A stretch of DNA of 64,000 bases from an uncultured Pseudomonadota bacterium. GTDB lineage: Bacteria; Myxococcota_A; Polyangia; Fen-1088. The DNA is taken from the NCBI GenBank assembly GCA_963847705.1, contig CAWKBC010000027.1:480001-544000 (forward strand). The letters are read 5' to 3'. The notes below the pieces were generated by a model. That model was not told the DNA's origin. It saw nothing but the letters and a program-made list of their open reading frames with translations, and ran no database searches. Within the stretch, counting starts at the first letter, position 1; every line of letters begins with the position of its first letter. A program made the translations under genes and the position numbers. Shown here in pieces: positions 48,522-60,359 of the stretch.

Positions 48522-49565
48522 ATGAAGCCTCACTCGCGATCGTTGGTTTCGCCGCGCGGCCTCGGCGCCTCCCTGGTTCTGGTGAGCGCGCTGGTGGTGG
48601 CGCCTCGCGCCGCACGGGCGCACATCAAGATGTCAGCGCCGGCGGACTGGATCGTGACCAACTCCGAGGGCGACCCTCAAAAGATCACCCCCTGCGGCGT
48701 CGATCCGACGATGCCCATGACCTTCACCGTCACGAACGCCGTCACCACCCTCCACGTCGGCGACAAGGTCACGTTCAACTGGACCGAGACCGTCCCTCAC
48801 GATGGCCACTTTCGGATCGCGCTGGCGATCAACTCGCGCGACGAGCTGACGGATCCCGCCGTCACCCAGATGAACTCGGACGGGACGGCGGCCGCGGTCG
48901 CGATCTCGACCGCCTACCCGGTGCTGGCCGACAACCTCTTCCCTCATACCGCCGCCTCCGTTTCGCCCGGCAAGGCTTACACGTACACGGTGACCATCCC
49001 CAACACCCCGTGCACGAAGTGCACGATGCAGCTCCTGCAGTTCATGGCCAATCACCCGCTCGACCCGTCGTACTTTTATCATCAGTGCGCTGACGTCACG
49101 ATCCTCGCGGCGGCCGGCAGCGGCGCGACCGGCGGCACCACCGGCGCCACGGGCGGCAGCAGCGGCGCTGCCGGCAAGACGGGCGGCGCCGGCGGCGCGA
49201 CCACGGGTACGGGGGGAACGGTGGCGGGCACGGGCGGAACGACCACCGGGACCGGAGGAGCCGTGAGCGGCACCGGCGGCGCGACCACGGGCACGGGCGG
49301 AACGGCCACGGGCACGGGCGGGACGGCCACGGGCACGGGCGGGACGAACGCGGGCACCGGCGGCACCGCGGAGAGCAGCGGCAGCGGGGGGAGCGGGGCG
49401 ATCGGCGCCGGCGCCAGCGGCAACGGCGGCGGTAGCCCCGAGGGCGCCGGGTCGAGTGGTGGCTGCGCTTGTCAGCTTGGCGCGGCAGACGTGGGGTCGA
49501 GCGGACTCGGGTTTCTGGGCGTGGTGGCCCTCATCGGCATCCGCCGGCGCCGGCGCGCGCGCTGA
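48522..49565 (+). CDS. SCE4755-type lytic polysaccharide monooxygenase-like protein with MYXO-CTERM
   Basis: GAGGAG RBS, AARA|HIKM (His1 after cleavage), QKITPCG, ETVPHDGHFRI, CTKCTMQLLQ, YHQCADV, Gly/Thr linker, GGCAC + TM + Arg tail. Confidence 0.8.
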   Translation: MKPHSRSLVSPRGLGASLVLVSALVVAPRAARAHIKMSAPADWIVTNSEGDPQKITPCGVDPTMPMTFTVTNAVTTLHVGDKVTFNWTETVPHDGHFRIALAINSRDELTDPAVTQMNSDGTAAAVAISTAYPVLADNLFPHTAASVSPGKAYTYTVTIPNTPCTKCTMQLLQFMANHPLDPSYFYHQCADVTILAAAGSGATGGTTGATGGSSGAAGKTGGAGGATTGTGGTVAGTGGTTTGTGGAVSGTGGATTGTGGTATGTGGTATGTGGTNAGTGGTAESSGSGGSGAIGAGASGNGGGSPEGAGSSGGCACQLGAADVGSSGLGFLGVVALIGIRRRRRAR

Positions 49566-49723
49566 TGACGGGCGACTGGTCCGAGACAATCATCCGAATG
49601 TTCGTCACCGGCACGATCGGGACGCTGCTGATCTTGGTCGTGATGCGCCCGGTGGAGCGGTCTCGGGTGCGGCGTCACGCGGCCGTGCCCGAACCGACGC
49701 CCGCACCCGACACCGATCGATAA
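49565..49723 (+). CDS. Putative 52-aa membrane protein
   Basis: TGATG overlap with the upstream stop and one hydrophobic helix. Confidence 0.4.
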   Translation: MTGDWSETIIRMFVTGTIGTLLILVVMRPVERSRVRRHAAVPEPTPAPDTDR

Positions 49724-49742
49724 GACGGTATGCTGGGCGGAA

Positions 49743-50348
49743 ATGTCGCCCGCCGCGCGCTCTCCGCTCAAACGCTGCTTCTGGGCTGGGGACGATCCCC
49801 AGATGATCGCCTACCACGACGAAGAGTGGGGCGTCCCCATCCACGACGATCGGCGCTGGTACGAGAAGCTCCTGCTCGACGGGGCACAGGCCGGCCTCTC
49901 CTGGTCGACCATCCTGCGCAAGCGTGAGGGGTACCGCAAAGGCTTCGCCGGGTTCGACCCCGCCAAGATCGCGCGCTTCACCGACAAGGACGTCACCCGT
50001 CTCATGGGAGACGCTGGCATCGTCCGCAACCGGCTCAAGATCCGCTCGGCCATCAGCAACGCGCGCGCCTTCCTGGCGCTGCAGGACGAGCACGGCTCGT
50101 TCGACGCCTGGATCTGGCGCTTCGTCGGCGGCAAGCCGATCCGGGGGAACGTCCGGGGGCGGGGTGACATCCTCGCGCGCACGCCGCTGTCGGATGCGCT
50201 CTCGCGCGAGCTCCGCAGCCGCGGCTTCAACTTCGTCGGCTCGACGATCATCTACGCCTTCATGCAGGCGGGCGGGCTGGTCAACGACCACACGGTCGGC
50301 TGCTTCCGCCGGTCCCAGGTGGCGGCGCTCGCCAGCCAGAAGCGATGA
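49743..50348 (+). CDS. tag: DNA-3-methyladenine glycosylase I
   Basis: RCFWA, YHDEEWG, QAGLSWSTILRKRE, IVRNRLKI, GLVNDHTVGC. Confidence 0.96.
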   Translation: MSPAARSPLKRCFWAGDDPQMIAYHDEEWGVPIHDDRRWYEKLLLDGAQAGLSWSTILRKREGYRKGFAGFDPAKIARFTDKDVTRLMGDAGIVRNRLKIRSAISNARAFLALQDEHGSFDAWIWRFVGGKPIRGNVRGRGDILARTPLSDALSRELRSRGFNFVGSTIIYAFMQAGGLVNDHTVGCFRRSQVAALASQKR

Positions 50349-50422
50349 CGAAGCGCTGGTGCATCAGCCTGGGCGACGAGCAGACGCCGCGGTGTGAAAG
50401 GCACTGATAATCTCGTGATTAT

Positions 50423-50998
50423 CTAGTCTGCCGGGCCGGGCCCAGCGTCCAGCTTGGCGAGAAGCTCAGGGATTGGAATTCCGGCCGCATGACGGGCGGC
50501 GTTACGGCCGGTGGAGAAGGTTCGAGACCTCATACGGTCGATGTAGAGGGTCCCGCCGAGGTGGTCGATCTCGTGCTGGAGAATGCGGGCGTACCAGCCG
50601 CGCGCGTCGATGGTGATCGGCTCGCCGTGCTGGTCGAGCGCCTTCACCTGGACCGTGCGGGCGCGGGGCACGACGGCCTGGAAGCCTTCGACGCTGAGAC
50701 AGCCCTCGAAGAAATCAACCATCTCCTCGCCGAGCGTCAGCTGGGGGTTGGCGATGACGTGGAACGGAATCGGCGTGCGCTCGGTCGCCTCGATCTCGGC
50801 GACGTCCTCGATCACCGCGAGCTGGAGCGGCAGCCCGATCTGCGGCGCCGCCAGTCCGACGCCGGGCGCGTCGCGCATCGTCTCGCGCATCATCTCGATG
50901 AGGTGTTGAATCTCGGCGCTGGCGATCTCGGCGGGGGTGAGCGGGCGCGCCGCCGCACGCAGAACGGGCTCGCCGGCCTGGACGATCTTGAGGTTCAT
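50423..50998 (-). CDS. def: Peptide deformylase
   Basis: GVGLAAPQIG, EGCLS, QHEIDHL. Confidence 0.96.
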   Translation of the reverse strand: MNLKIVQAGEPVLRAAARPLTPAEIASAEIQHLIEMMRETMRDAPGVGLAAPQIGLPLQLAVIEDVAEIEATERTPIPFHVIANPQLTLGEEMVDFFEGCLSVEGFQAVVPRARTVQVKALDQHGEPITIDARGWYARILQHEIDHLGGTLYIDRMRSRTFSTGRNAARHAAGIPIPELLAKLDAGPGPAD

Positions 50999-51049
50999 CC
51001 GGTCAGTGTAGAGGATCGCGAGGGCGCGGGTGAGCCGAGGGCCGACGAA

Positions 51050-51200
51050 TGAGTTCGAGGGGACGGTGGTGACGTTGGCGGCGATGACCCCGTTGGCGAT
51101 GCGGGCATTGATGGTCGCCGCCGTGGCGTTCGACCAGGTGTCGCCCATCGCCGAGGCGCCGAAGCTGGTGTCGACGAGGATCGTCTTGCCGCTCGACGAT
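51050..51200 (-). pseudogene. Probable gene fragment in the def-AKR intergenic region
   Basis: About 50 codons with strong GC3 bias ([48 protein letters not shown]), no clear start of its own, unrelated to Def. Confidence 0.35.
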
Positions 51201-51251
51201 CCAAAAATCAGCGGCTTGCGTCCTGGCGATTGGCGTCCTACACCTCCGCAC

Positions 51252-52241
51252 ATGAAGGTACGTACGCTCGGCACGAAGAACGGCCTGCAGGTCTCGGCGC
51301 TCGGCCTCGGCTGTATGGGGATGAGCGACTTCTATGGCCCCGCCTCGGAGGACGAAGCGATCGCGACGATCCACCAGGCGCTCGACCGCGGCGTCACCTT
51401 GCTCGACACGGCGGATATGTACGGTCCGTTCACCAACGAGACGCTGGTGGGCCGTGCGCTGCGTGGCCGGCGCGACGGCGTCGTGCTGGCGACCAAGTTC
51501 GGCAATGTTCGGGCAGCGGACGGGAAGTTCCTGGGGATCAACGGGCGGCCGGAATATGTGCGGCAGGCGTGCGACGCCTCGCTCAAGCGGCTCGGCGTCG
51601 ACCATGTCGACCTCTACTATCAACACCGCGTCGATCGGGAGACGCCGATCGAGGAGACGGTGGGCGCGATGGCCGAGCTGGTGCGCGCCGGGAAGGTGCG
51701 CCATCTGGGCCTCTCCGAGGCGGGACCTGCCACGATCAGACGCGCGCACGCGACGCATCCGATCGCGGCGCTGCAGACCGAGTACTCGCTCTGGACGCGC
51801 GATCCCGAAGACGAGATCTTGCGGACGGTGCGTGAGCTGGGGATCGGTTTCGTCGCTTACAGCCCGCTCGGGCGCGGCTTTCTGACTGGACGCTTTCGCA
51901 CCGGCGCCGACTTCGCCGCGGGCGACTACCGGACCTCCAACCCCCGCATGGACGCGCAGAATCTGGCCAAGAACGTGGCGCTGGCCGATCGGGTGCGGGA
52001 GCTCGCCGCCGAGAAGAACGTGACCGCCGGCCAGCTCGCGCTGGCCTGGGTGCTGTCGCGGGGCGAGGACATCGTGCCGATCCCGGGAACCACGCGCCGC
52101 ACGCACCTCGACGAGAACCTGGCCAGCGTCGAGGTCCGATTGACGGAGAGCGAGCTCGGGCAGCTCGATGCCGCCTTCCCGCGGAACGTGGCCGCCGGCG
52201 ATCGCTATCCAGAAGGCGGCATGCGCAACGTCAACGTCTGA
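51252..52241 (+). CDS. Aldo/keto reductase
   Basis: [48 protein letters not shown]. Confidence 0.96.
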   Translation: MKVRTLGTKNGLQVSALGLGCMGMSDFYGPASEDEAIATIHQALDRGVTLLDTADMYGPFTNETLVGRALRGRRDGVVLATKFGNVRAADGKFLGINGRPEYVRQACDASLKRLGVDHVDLYYQHRVDRETPIEETVGAMAELVRAGKVRHLGLSEAGPATIRRAHATHPIAALQTEYSLWTRDPEDEILRTVRELGIGFVAYSPLGRGFLTGRFRTGADFAAGDYRTSNPRMDAQNLAKNVALADRVRELAAEKNVTAGQLALAWVLSRGEDIVPIPGTTRRTHLDENLASVEVRLTESELGQLDAAFPRNVAAGDRYPEGGMRNVNV

Positions 52242-52256
52242 CGAAGGCGCCCGCTC

Positions 52257-53699
52257 TCACCCGGCGGCCGCCAGCTTGGGCGGCGCGGCCTGGCGCGCCA
52301 GCAGCTGCGCGAGATCGCCGCGGCAGGAGCCGCACCCGGTGCCGGCCTTGGTCACCTCGCCCAGCGCCTCGACGGTGCAGGCGCCTGCGCCGATGGCGTC
52401 GCAGAGGCGCGCTTCGTTCACCTTGTGACAGGTGCAGACCAGGCGATCGGCCGCGGCGCCCGCGCCGAACGCGGCGCCCGGGCAGAGCGCCTCCAGCGGA
52501 TCGTCGGGGAGCGTGTCGCCGCGATCGTAGAGCTGCACCAGGCTGGCGGCCGCCTCGGTGTTGCCGACGAAGAGCGCGCCGACCAGCTTCCCCTCGCGGA
52601 CGATCATCTTGCGGTAGGCGCCGCGCCGGGTCTCGACGATCTGGATGACCTCGTCGCTGTCGAGCTCGGGCTCGACGCGTCCCATCGAGGCGACGTCGAC
52701 GCCGGCCACCTTGAGCCGGGTGTAGAGCTTCGAGCCGCGGTAGCGCGCCTGGGGATTCGCGCCGGAGAGGATGTCGCCGAGGACGGCCGCCTGCTCCCAG
52801 GCAGGGGTCACGATGCCGTAGGTCTTGGCGGCGTGCTCCGCGCACTCGCCGATGGCATAGACGCCGGGCGCCTCGGTGGCCATGGCGTCGTTGACGATGA
52901 TCCCCCGGTTGATGGGAATGCCGGAGGCGCGCGCGATCTCGACGCGGGGGCGGACGCCGCAGGCGAGCACCACCATGTCGGCGGCCAGCGTCCTGCCGTC
53001 GTCGAGCCGCACCCCCTCGACGGCCACCTGACCGACGACCGCCTCGATGGTGCGGGCGGTGCGCACGAAGATCCCGCAGCGTTCGATCTCGCGCTCCAGC
53101 ATCTCGCCGCCCAGCTCGTCGAGCTGCGCGTTCATCAGGGTCTTGCTGGCGTGAATGACGGTGACGTGGAGGCCCCGATCGGCCAGCACCTTGGCGGCCT
53201 CGAGGCCCAGGAGGCCGCCGCCGAGGACGATGGCGGTGTCCCCGGAGCGGGCGTGGGCGCGCATGCGCGCGCAGTCGTCCATCGTCCGGTAGACGAAGAC
53301 GCCGGGGCGCAGCTCGCCGCCGGGGATGGTCATCCCGTCGAGCGGCGGCACCGTCGGCTGACTGCCGGTGGCGAGCACGGCGGTGTCGTAGCGGTGGAGC
53401 GCGCCGTCGGCGGTCTCGAGCTGTTTGGCGGCGGTGTCGAGCCGTTTGACGACGGCGCCGTCGCAGAGGTGGATGCCATGCGCCTCGTACCAGCCGCGCG
53501 GCTTGGTGACGATCGACTCGGGCGCGGCGCCGCCCAGCACCTTGCTGAGCAGGATCCGGTTGTAGGCGCCGCCTCTCTCCTCGCCGTAGACGACCACCTC
53601 GTAGCGAACGAGCGCCTGTCGCTCGACCAGCTCGTCGAGCAGGCGACAGGTCGCCATCCCGTTGCCGATGAGGGCCAGGACCTTCTTGCGCCCGCTCAA
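52257..53699 (-). CDS. FAD/NAD(P)H oxidoreductase with C-terminal BFD-like [2Fe-2S] domain (assimilatory nitrate reductase electron-transfer subunit, NirB N-terminal-like)
   Basis: IGNGMA, YNRILLS, GGGLLGLEAA, AIGECAEH, TRLKVAG, VCTCHKV...AGTGCGSC. No siroheme domain. Confidence 0.85.
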   Translation of the reverse strand: MSGRKKVLALIGNGMATCRLLDELVERQALVRYEVVVYGEERGGAYNRILLSKVLGGAAPESIVTKPRGWYEAHGIHLCDGAVVKRLDTAAKQLETADGALHRYDTAVLATGSQPTVPPLDGMTIPGGELRPGVFVYRTMDDCARMRAHARSGDTAIVLGGGLLGLEAAKVLADRGLHVTVIHASKTLMNAQLDELGGEMLEREIERCGIFVRTARTIEAVVGQVAVEGVRLDDGRTLAADMVVLACGVRPRVEIARASGIPINRGIIVNDAMATEAPGVYAIGECAEHAAKTYGIVTPAWEQAAVLGDILSGANPQARYRGSKLYTRLKVAGVDVASMGRVEPELDSDEVIQIVETRRGAYRKMIVREGKLVGALFVGNTEAAASLVQLYDRGDTLPDDPLEALCPGAAFGAGAAADRLVCTCHKVNEARLCDAIGAGACTVEALGEVTKAGTGCGSCRGDLAQLLARQAAPPKLAAAG

Positions 53700-55807
53700 G
53701 AGGCGCCTCGCACGCTGGTCGTCACCGGGCCGGGCGCGAGGGCGGCGCGTACGGCGCAGACCTTGAATTCGGGCATCCGGCTCACCGGGTCGAGCGCCGG
53801 CATGGTCAGGGTGTTGGCGGCGCTCTTGCCGCCCCAGTGGAACGGCGCGAACAGCGTGTCGGGACGGATGTCGGGGCTGACCGCGACAGAGAAGATCACC
53901 TCGCCGCGGCGGCTCTCGACGAGGAGACTGCCGCCGTCGGCGACGCCGAGCTGGGCGGCCAGGCGGGGGTGAATCTGCAGCCGCGGCACCGGCCGAACGT
54001 CGCGGAGCGCGGCCACCCGGCGGGTCTGCGCGCCCGAGTTGTAGTGCTCCTTGGTGCGCCCGGTCGTGAAGTAGAGCGGGTAGGCGGCGTCAGGGAGCTC
54101 GGCCGCGGGACGGTGGCGCACGGCGATGCAGCGGGCCTTTCCGTCGGGGAAGGCGAAGCGCTCGGCGAACAGACGCGGCGTGCCGGGATGGTCCTCGGCG
54201 GGACAGGGCCAGAAGACCCCGTCGGCGGCCCGGATCTTGTCGTAGGTGATCCCGCTGTAGTCGGCGCGGGCGCCGGCCGTGGCCCGGCGGAGCTCGGCGA
54301 AGACCTCCTCGCTCGAGGAGAACTGGAAGCGCGGGCCCTCGCCCAGGCGCTCGGCCAGCGCGGCGAGGATCTCCAGGTCGCTCTTCACGCCCGGCGGGGG
54401 TGGGCGGACGCGGCGCCGCAGGATCACGCGGCCCTCGAGGTTGGTCATCGTGCCGTCCTCCTCGGCGAACTGGGTGATCGGCAGGATGACGTGGGCGGCG
54501 GCGGCGGTCTCGTTGACGAACGCATCGCACACGACCAGCAGCTCCAGCGAGGCCAGCCGCTGGTCGATGTGGCGGGCGTTGGGCGAGGCGACGGCGACGT
54601 TCGAGCCGAACACCAGCAGCGCGCGGATGCCGCCCTCCGGGCCGAGCGCGTCGAGGAGCTCGTAGGCGCTCTTCCCCTTGCCGGGCAGCGCCGCCGGGTC
54701 GACGCCCCAGACGCGGGCGATCGCCGCGCGGTCGTCGGCGCTCTCGATCAGCCGGTAGCCGGCGAGCTGATCGGCCTTCTGGCCGTGCTCGCGCCCCCCC
54801 TGACCGTTCCCCTGTCCAGTCAGGCAGCCGTAGCCGCTGTGCGGCTTGCCGACCTTGCCGAGCGCGAGCATCAGGTTGGTGAAGGCGACGACCGTGTCGG
54901 CCCCCTTTGACTGCTGCTCGGGACCGCGCCCGGAGAGCAACATGCTGCTCTCGGCTTCGGCCAGCAGATGGACCGTCCGCCGTTGCCTTTCGATCGACAC
55001 GCCCGTCATCCGCTCGACGTGCGCCGGGTGGACGTCGAGGACGGCCCGTCGGACCTCGTCGTATCCGACAGTGCGGCGGGCGAGGTAGTCGAGATCGACC
55101 AGGCCATCCTCGATCGCCAGGTGCAGAAGGCCGTTGGCCAGCAAGAGGTCGGTCCCCGGCGTGAGCTGGAGGTGCAGCTCGGCACCCTTCGCCGTGTCGG
55201 TGCGGCGGGGATCGACGACGATCAGCGCCCCCTGAGCGCGCTGCGCCGAGATCCACTGCATGAGCGGCGGCATCGTGTCGGCCACGTTCGAGCCCCAGAG
55301 CAGCAGCGTCTTGGTCTCGGCGATGTCGCTCACCGGAAACGGGAGGCCGCGGTCGATCCCGAAGGCACGGTTCTGGCCGGCCGCCCCCGAGGCCATGCAG
55401 TAACGGCCGTTGTAGTCGATGTGCGGCGTGCGGAGCGCCAGGCGGGCGAACTTGCCCAGCAGGTAGGCCTTCTCGTTGGTCAGCGCCCCGCTGCCGAAGG
55501 CGGCCAGCGCCTCGGGGCCGTGCGCGGCGCGAATCGCCAGCAGCCGCTCGGCGATGAAATCGAGCGCGGTCTCCCAGCTGGCCGGCGCCAGGCGGCCGTC
55601 GGGCCCGCGCAGGAGCGGCGTCGTCACCCGTTCGGCGTGGTCGAGCAGCTCCGCTGAGGTGAACCCCTTGGTGCACATCTGGCCGCGGTTGACCGGGAAC
55701 GTCTCGTCGGGGCGGACCTCCAGCGCCTGCGAGACGGTCATCCCGCACTGGAACGCGCAGTAGGGGCAATGCGTTCGGGTGGGGAGCGTGGCGAGTGAGG
55801 CGGACAT
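53696..55807 (-). CDS. nasA: Assimilatory nitrate reductase catalytic (molybdopterin) subunit
   Basis: THCPYCAFQCG...CTKG, LTNEKAYLLGKFAR, IDYNGRYCM, LTGQGNGQGGRE, LDPVSRMPEFKVCAV. Confidence 0.9.
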   Translation of the reverse strand: MSASLATLPTRTHCPYCAFQCGMTVSQALEVRPDETFPVNRGQMCTKGFTSAELLDHAERVTTPLLRGPDGRLAPASWETALDFIAERLLAIRAAHGPEALAAFGSGALTNEKAYLLGKFARLALRTPHIDYNGRYCMASGAAGQNRAFGIDRGLPFPVSDIAETKTLLLWGSNVADTMPPLMQWISAQRAQGALIVVDPRRTDTAKGAELHLQLTPGTDLLLANGLLHLAIEDGLVDLDYLARRTVGYDEVRRAVLDVHPAHVERMTGVSIERQRRTVHLLAEAESSMLLSGRGPEQQSKGADTVVAFTNLMLALGKVGKPHSGYGCLTGQGNGQGGREHGQKADQLAGYRLIESADDRAAIARVWGVDPAALPGKGKSAYELLDALGPEGGIRALLVFGSNVAVASPNARHIDQRLASLELLVVCDAFVNETAAAAHVILPITQFAEEDGTMTNLEGRVILRRRVRPPPPGVKSDLEILAALAERLGEGPRFQFSSSEEVFAELRRATAGARADYSGITYDKIRAADGVFWPCPAEDHPGTPRLFAERFAFPDGKARCIAVRHRPAAELPDAAYPLYFTTGRTKEHYNSGAQTRRVAALRDVRPVPRLQIHPRLAAQLGVADGGSLLVESRRGEVIFSVAVSPDIRPDTLFAPFHWGGKSAANTLTMPALDPVSRMPEFKVCAVRAALAPGPVTTSVRGAS

Positions 55808-55890
55808 CAGAGCGTCTCTCGGAGCGCTTCGGGGCGCTCTCATTGATTAGACGCTGTCTCGTTTCGGCTACGTTTCGTGGTGCCCGTTCT

Positions 55891-57972
<2,082 letters not shown>

Positions 57973-58278
57973 TCAGCCGAAGCGGCGCAGATCCCGTTGC
58001 CGGCGCAGGGCCGTCGCGAACGCCCATCCGAACAGCGCCGACAGGACATCGCCCAGCGAGTTCGCCAGCGTGTCCTGGGTCGGATAGGCGAAGACGGAGG
58101 GGACCAGGTTCTTGAAGACGTGCTCCACGATCTCCCACCCGACGGCGATCCCCAGGGTGGGCCAGAACCCCAGGCCGATCAGCCCCGCGGCCACACCCAC
58201 CAGGCCGTGCAGGGGCGAGTAGCGGTCGAAGGGCGGGTAGTTGATCTCTCCCGGTCGCGCCGTTCGCTCCGCGAACAT
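57973..58278 (-). CDS. Small membrane protein
   Basis: FDRYSPLH...GWEIVE...NSLGD with hydrophobic helices. Confidence 0.75.
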   Translation of the reverse strand: MFAERTARPGEINYPPFDRYSPLHGLVGVAAGLIGLGFWPTLGIAVGWEIVEHVFKNLVPSVFAYPTQDTLANSLGDVLSALFGWAFATALRRQRDLRRFG

Positions 58279-58389
58279 GCTCTCAATCTGGGGCCGATTC
58301 CCCGCCGGGCCTAGGAGGGCATCGCCGAAAGGCGCCGGTGAGCGGAGCGAACGACAACGTGGCCCGACGACGTGGCGCCCGAAGCCGGC

Positions 58390-59379
58390 CTAGTGGCTGA
58401 AGTGCAGGTGCAATCCCAGCTGAACGATCGCCACGGTCAGCGCGGCCACGACCGGCACGGTGACCCACCTGGCCCGTGACCACCAGGCGGTCATCTGCAG
58501 GGTGGTCAGGCGCTCGGTGGCGACCGCCGAGGCGAGCGGGTTGACGGTCGCCATGACCGCGGCCGGGCGCAAGGCCCAGGCCGCGAGATCTGGACGCCGC
58601 ATGATCTCGGCGGTGCCGTGCACCCGCCTCCGGGGCGGACGCGCTTCGACCGCCCGCGCGTCGCGGGAGAGGCCCGCCGCCACCACCACCGAGGGCAACG
58701 GCTGCCCGCAGGGGGGTGGCAGGTTGATGGGCGGGAGGCGGGGCGGCGCGGGGGCCGTCCGAGGGGCCTCGACTCTCGGCGTTCCATACCGCCTGGTGCG
58801 GGCGCGCTTCTCGTCATCGAGCGCGACGTCGAGCGCCAGCCGCGGAACACCGTCCGTGGTCGATGGATCGACGGAGATCTTGCGGATGGTCCCGGCGGCA
58901 GCAATTCCCCCTTGCTCGCCCAGAAGGACGTCGACGCCGCCATCGAGCCGCAAGAAGGGCAGCGTGGCGGTCAACCGCACCATCTGCTCATCCACGTGCG
59001 CTTCGCAGCGGAGCGGCTTGTCGACGCCGTCGATCCGCAGCTTGGCCGGCAACGCCTGCTTGGTGCGCTCGGCGAGCAGGTTGGCGATCACCGCCGCCAC
59101 CGCCGGCTTGAGCTCGCCGAAAGCGACCGCCAGCTCGAAGCCTCCCGGCGCGGCGGTGACGCGCACGATCCTCCCGGTCACCGGGCGAGGTCCGTGCGGC
59201 AGCAGGATCTCGCACTTGATCTCGGTCCCGATCGGACAGGACTCCGTCGAGACGAGTGAGATGCCGCTGGCGCTCAGATCCAGCCCGCGCCCGTAGAGGC
59301 GGCCCTTCCCGTCGATTCGCGCCAGGCAGATCGCTTCGTCGTACGGGATCCGGGGTGAGTCTCGCCGGGCTTGGGTCAT
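58390..59379 (-). CDS. PilZ-domain protein with C-terminal TM
   Basis: RRDSPR (RxxxR) and DLSASG (DxSxxG) c-di-GMP-binding motifs. Confidence 0.8.
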   Translation of the reverse strand: MTQARRDSPRIPYDEAICLARIDGKGRLYGRGLDLSASGISLVSTESCPIGTEIKCEILLPHGPRPVTGRIVRVTAAPGGFELAVAFGELKPAVAAVIANLLAERTKQALPAKLRIDGVDKPLRCEAHVDEQMVRLTATLPFLRLDGGVDVLLGEQGGIAAAGTIRKISVDPSTTDGVPRLALDVALDDEKRARTRRYGTPRVEAPRTAPAPPRLPPINLPPPCGQPLPSVVVAAGLSRDARAVEARPPRRRVHGTAEIMRRPDLAAWALRPAAVMATVNPLASAVATERLTTLQMTAWWSRARWVTVPVVAALTVAIVQLGLHLHFSH

Positions 59380-59522
59380 GCGGCCCCCTTCACGTCGAAT
59401 TGTGGCACGTGCCGCGGGCGAGAGAAGACGTATGCGCCCCCTCTCTGCATTTTGGGCGGATGTCCCGCCACACCGACGGAGGAGTGGCCTCTTCGGGGCT
59501 GACGTAGGGAACGGTGCTCCGC

Positions 59523-60359
59523 TCAGCTTTCGAGCCGGGGCGGAACCTCCGGCCAGGGCGGCAGGGGAGGCAGCCCCAGCGCCTCGCGGACCAGCGCGAA
59601 CGACCGACGGTGAACCGGGCAGGCGCCCAGCTTCGCCAGGGCGCTGGCGTGCGCCTGCACCGGATAGCCCTTGTGCTGCGCGAAGCCGTAGCCAGGAAAC
59701 TGGACGTCGAGCTCGCGCATCTTCGCGTCGCGCGCGGTCTTGGCCAGGATCGAGGCCGCGGCGATCGACAGGCTCTTGGCGTCGCCGCCCACGATCCGCT
59801 GTTGCGGCAGCGCGACGTCGCCCAGCTTGCGGCCGTCGATCAACAGATGCTCGGCCGCCGGGGCCAGCGCCGCGATGGCCCGCCGCATGGCCGCCAGGCC
59901 CGCCCAGTAGATGTTGATGCGATCGATCTCCTCGACCTCGGCGAACGCCACCGCCCAGGCGACCGCCTGCTTCTTGATGACCGGCGCCAGGCGCTCGCGG
60001 GTCTCGACGTCGAGCCGCTTGGAGTCGTCCACCTCGGGAATTCGGGTCCCCGGCGCGAGAATGACCGCGGCGGCTGCCACCGGTCCGGCCAGCGGGCTCA
60101 TGCCCGCCTCGTCGACCCCGGCGATCCGCGTGACGCCGCCGTCCCACAGGGCGGTCTCGAAGCGCAGCATGGTCCGCAGGCGCTGTCCTTCCGCGCGGTT
60201 GTCCCGCCTCCGCCGGGCGACCGCCTCGAGGATGGCACGCGCCCCCGCCCGCGGGTCAGCCGCCAGCGCCGCTTCCACGCTGGCGGGCAGCGGACGACCG
60301 CCCTCGACGTAGCGCGCCCGCAGCTCGAGCAGCGACGCCGGTCGCGCGGGGCGGGTCAC
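59523..60359 (-). CDS. rnhB: Ribonuclease HII
   Basis: [53 protein letters not shown]. Confidence 0.96.
   Translation of the reverse strand: MTRPARPASLLELRARYVEGGRPLPASVEAALAADPRAGARAILEAVARRRRDNRAEGQRLRTMLRFETALWDGGVTRIAGVDEAGMSPLAGPVAAAAVILAPGTRIPEVDDSKRLDVETRERLAPVIKKQAVAWAVAFAEVEEIDRINIYWAGLAAMRRAIAALAPAAEHLLIDGRKLGDVALPQQRIVGGDAKSLSIAAASILAKTARDAKMRELDVQFPGYGFAQHKGYPVQAHASALAKLGACPVHRRSFALVREALGLPPLPPWPEVPPRLES

Noticed and set aside
52257-53699. Full nirB nitrite reductase call
   Set aside because: The protein is 480 aa and lacks the siroheme/[4Fe-4S] domain.
55810-55850. GAGCGCTTC-GGGGCGCTC hairpin between ligA and nasA as a mobile repeat
   Set aside because: It occurs once in the window and cannot be distinguished from an ordinary stem-loop.
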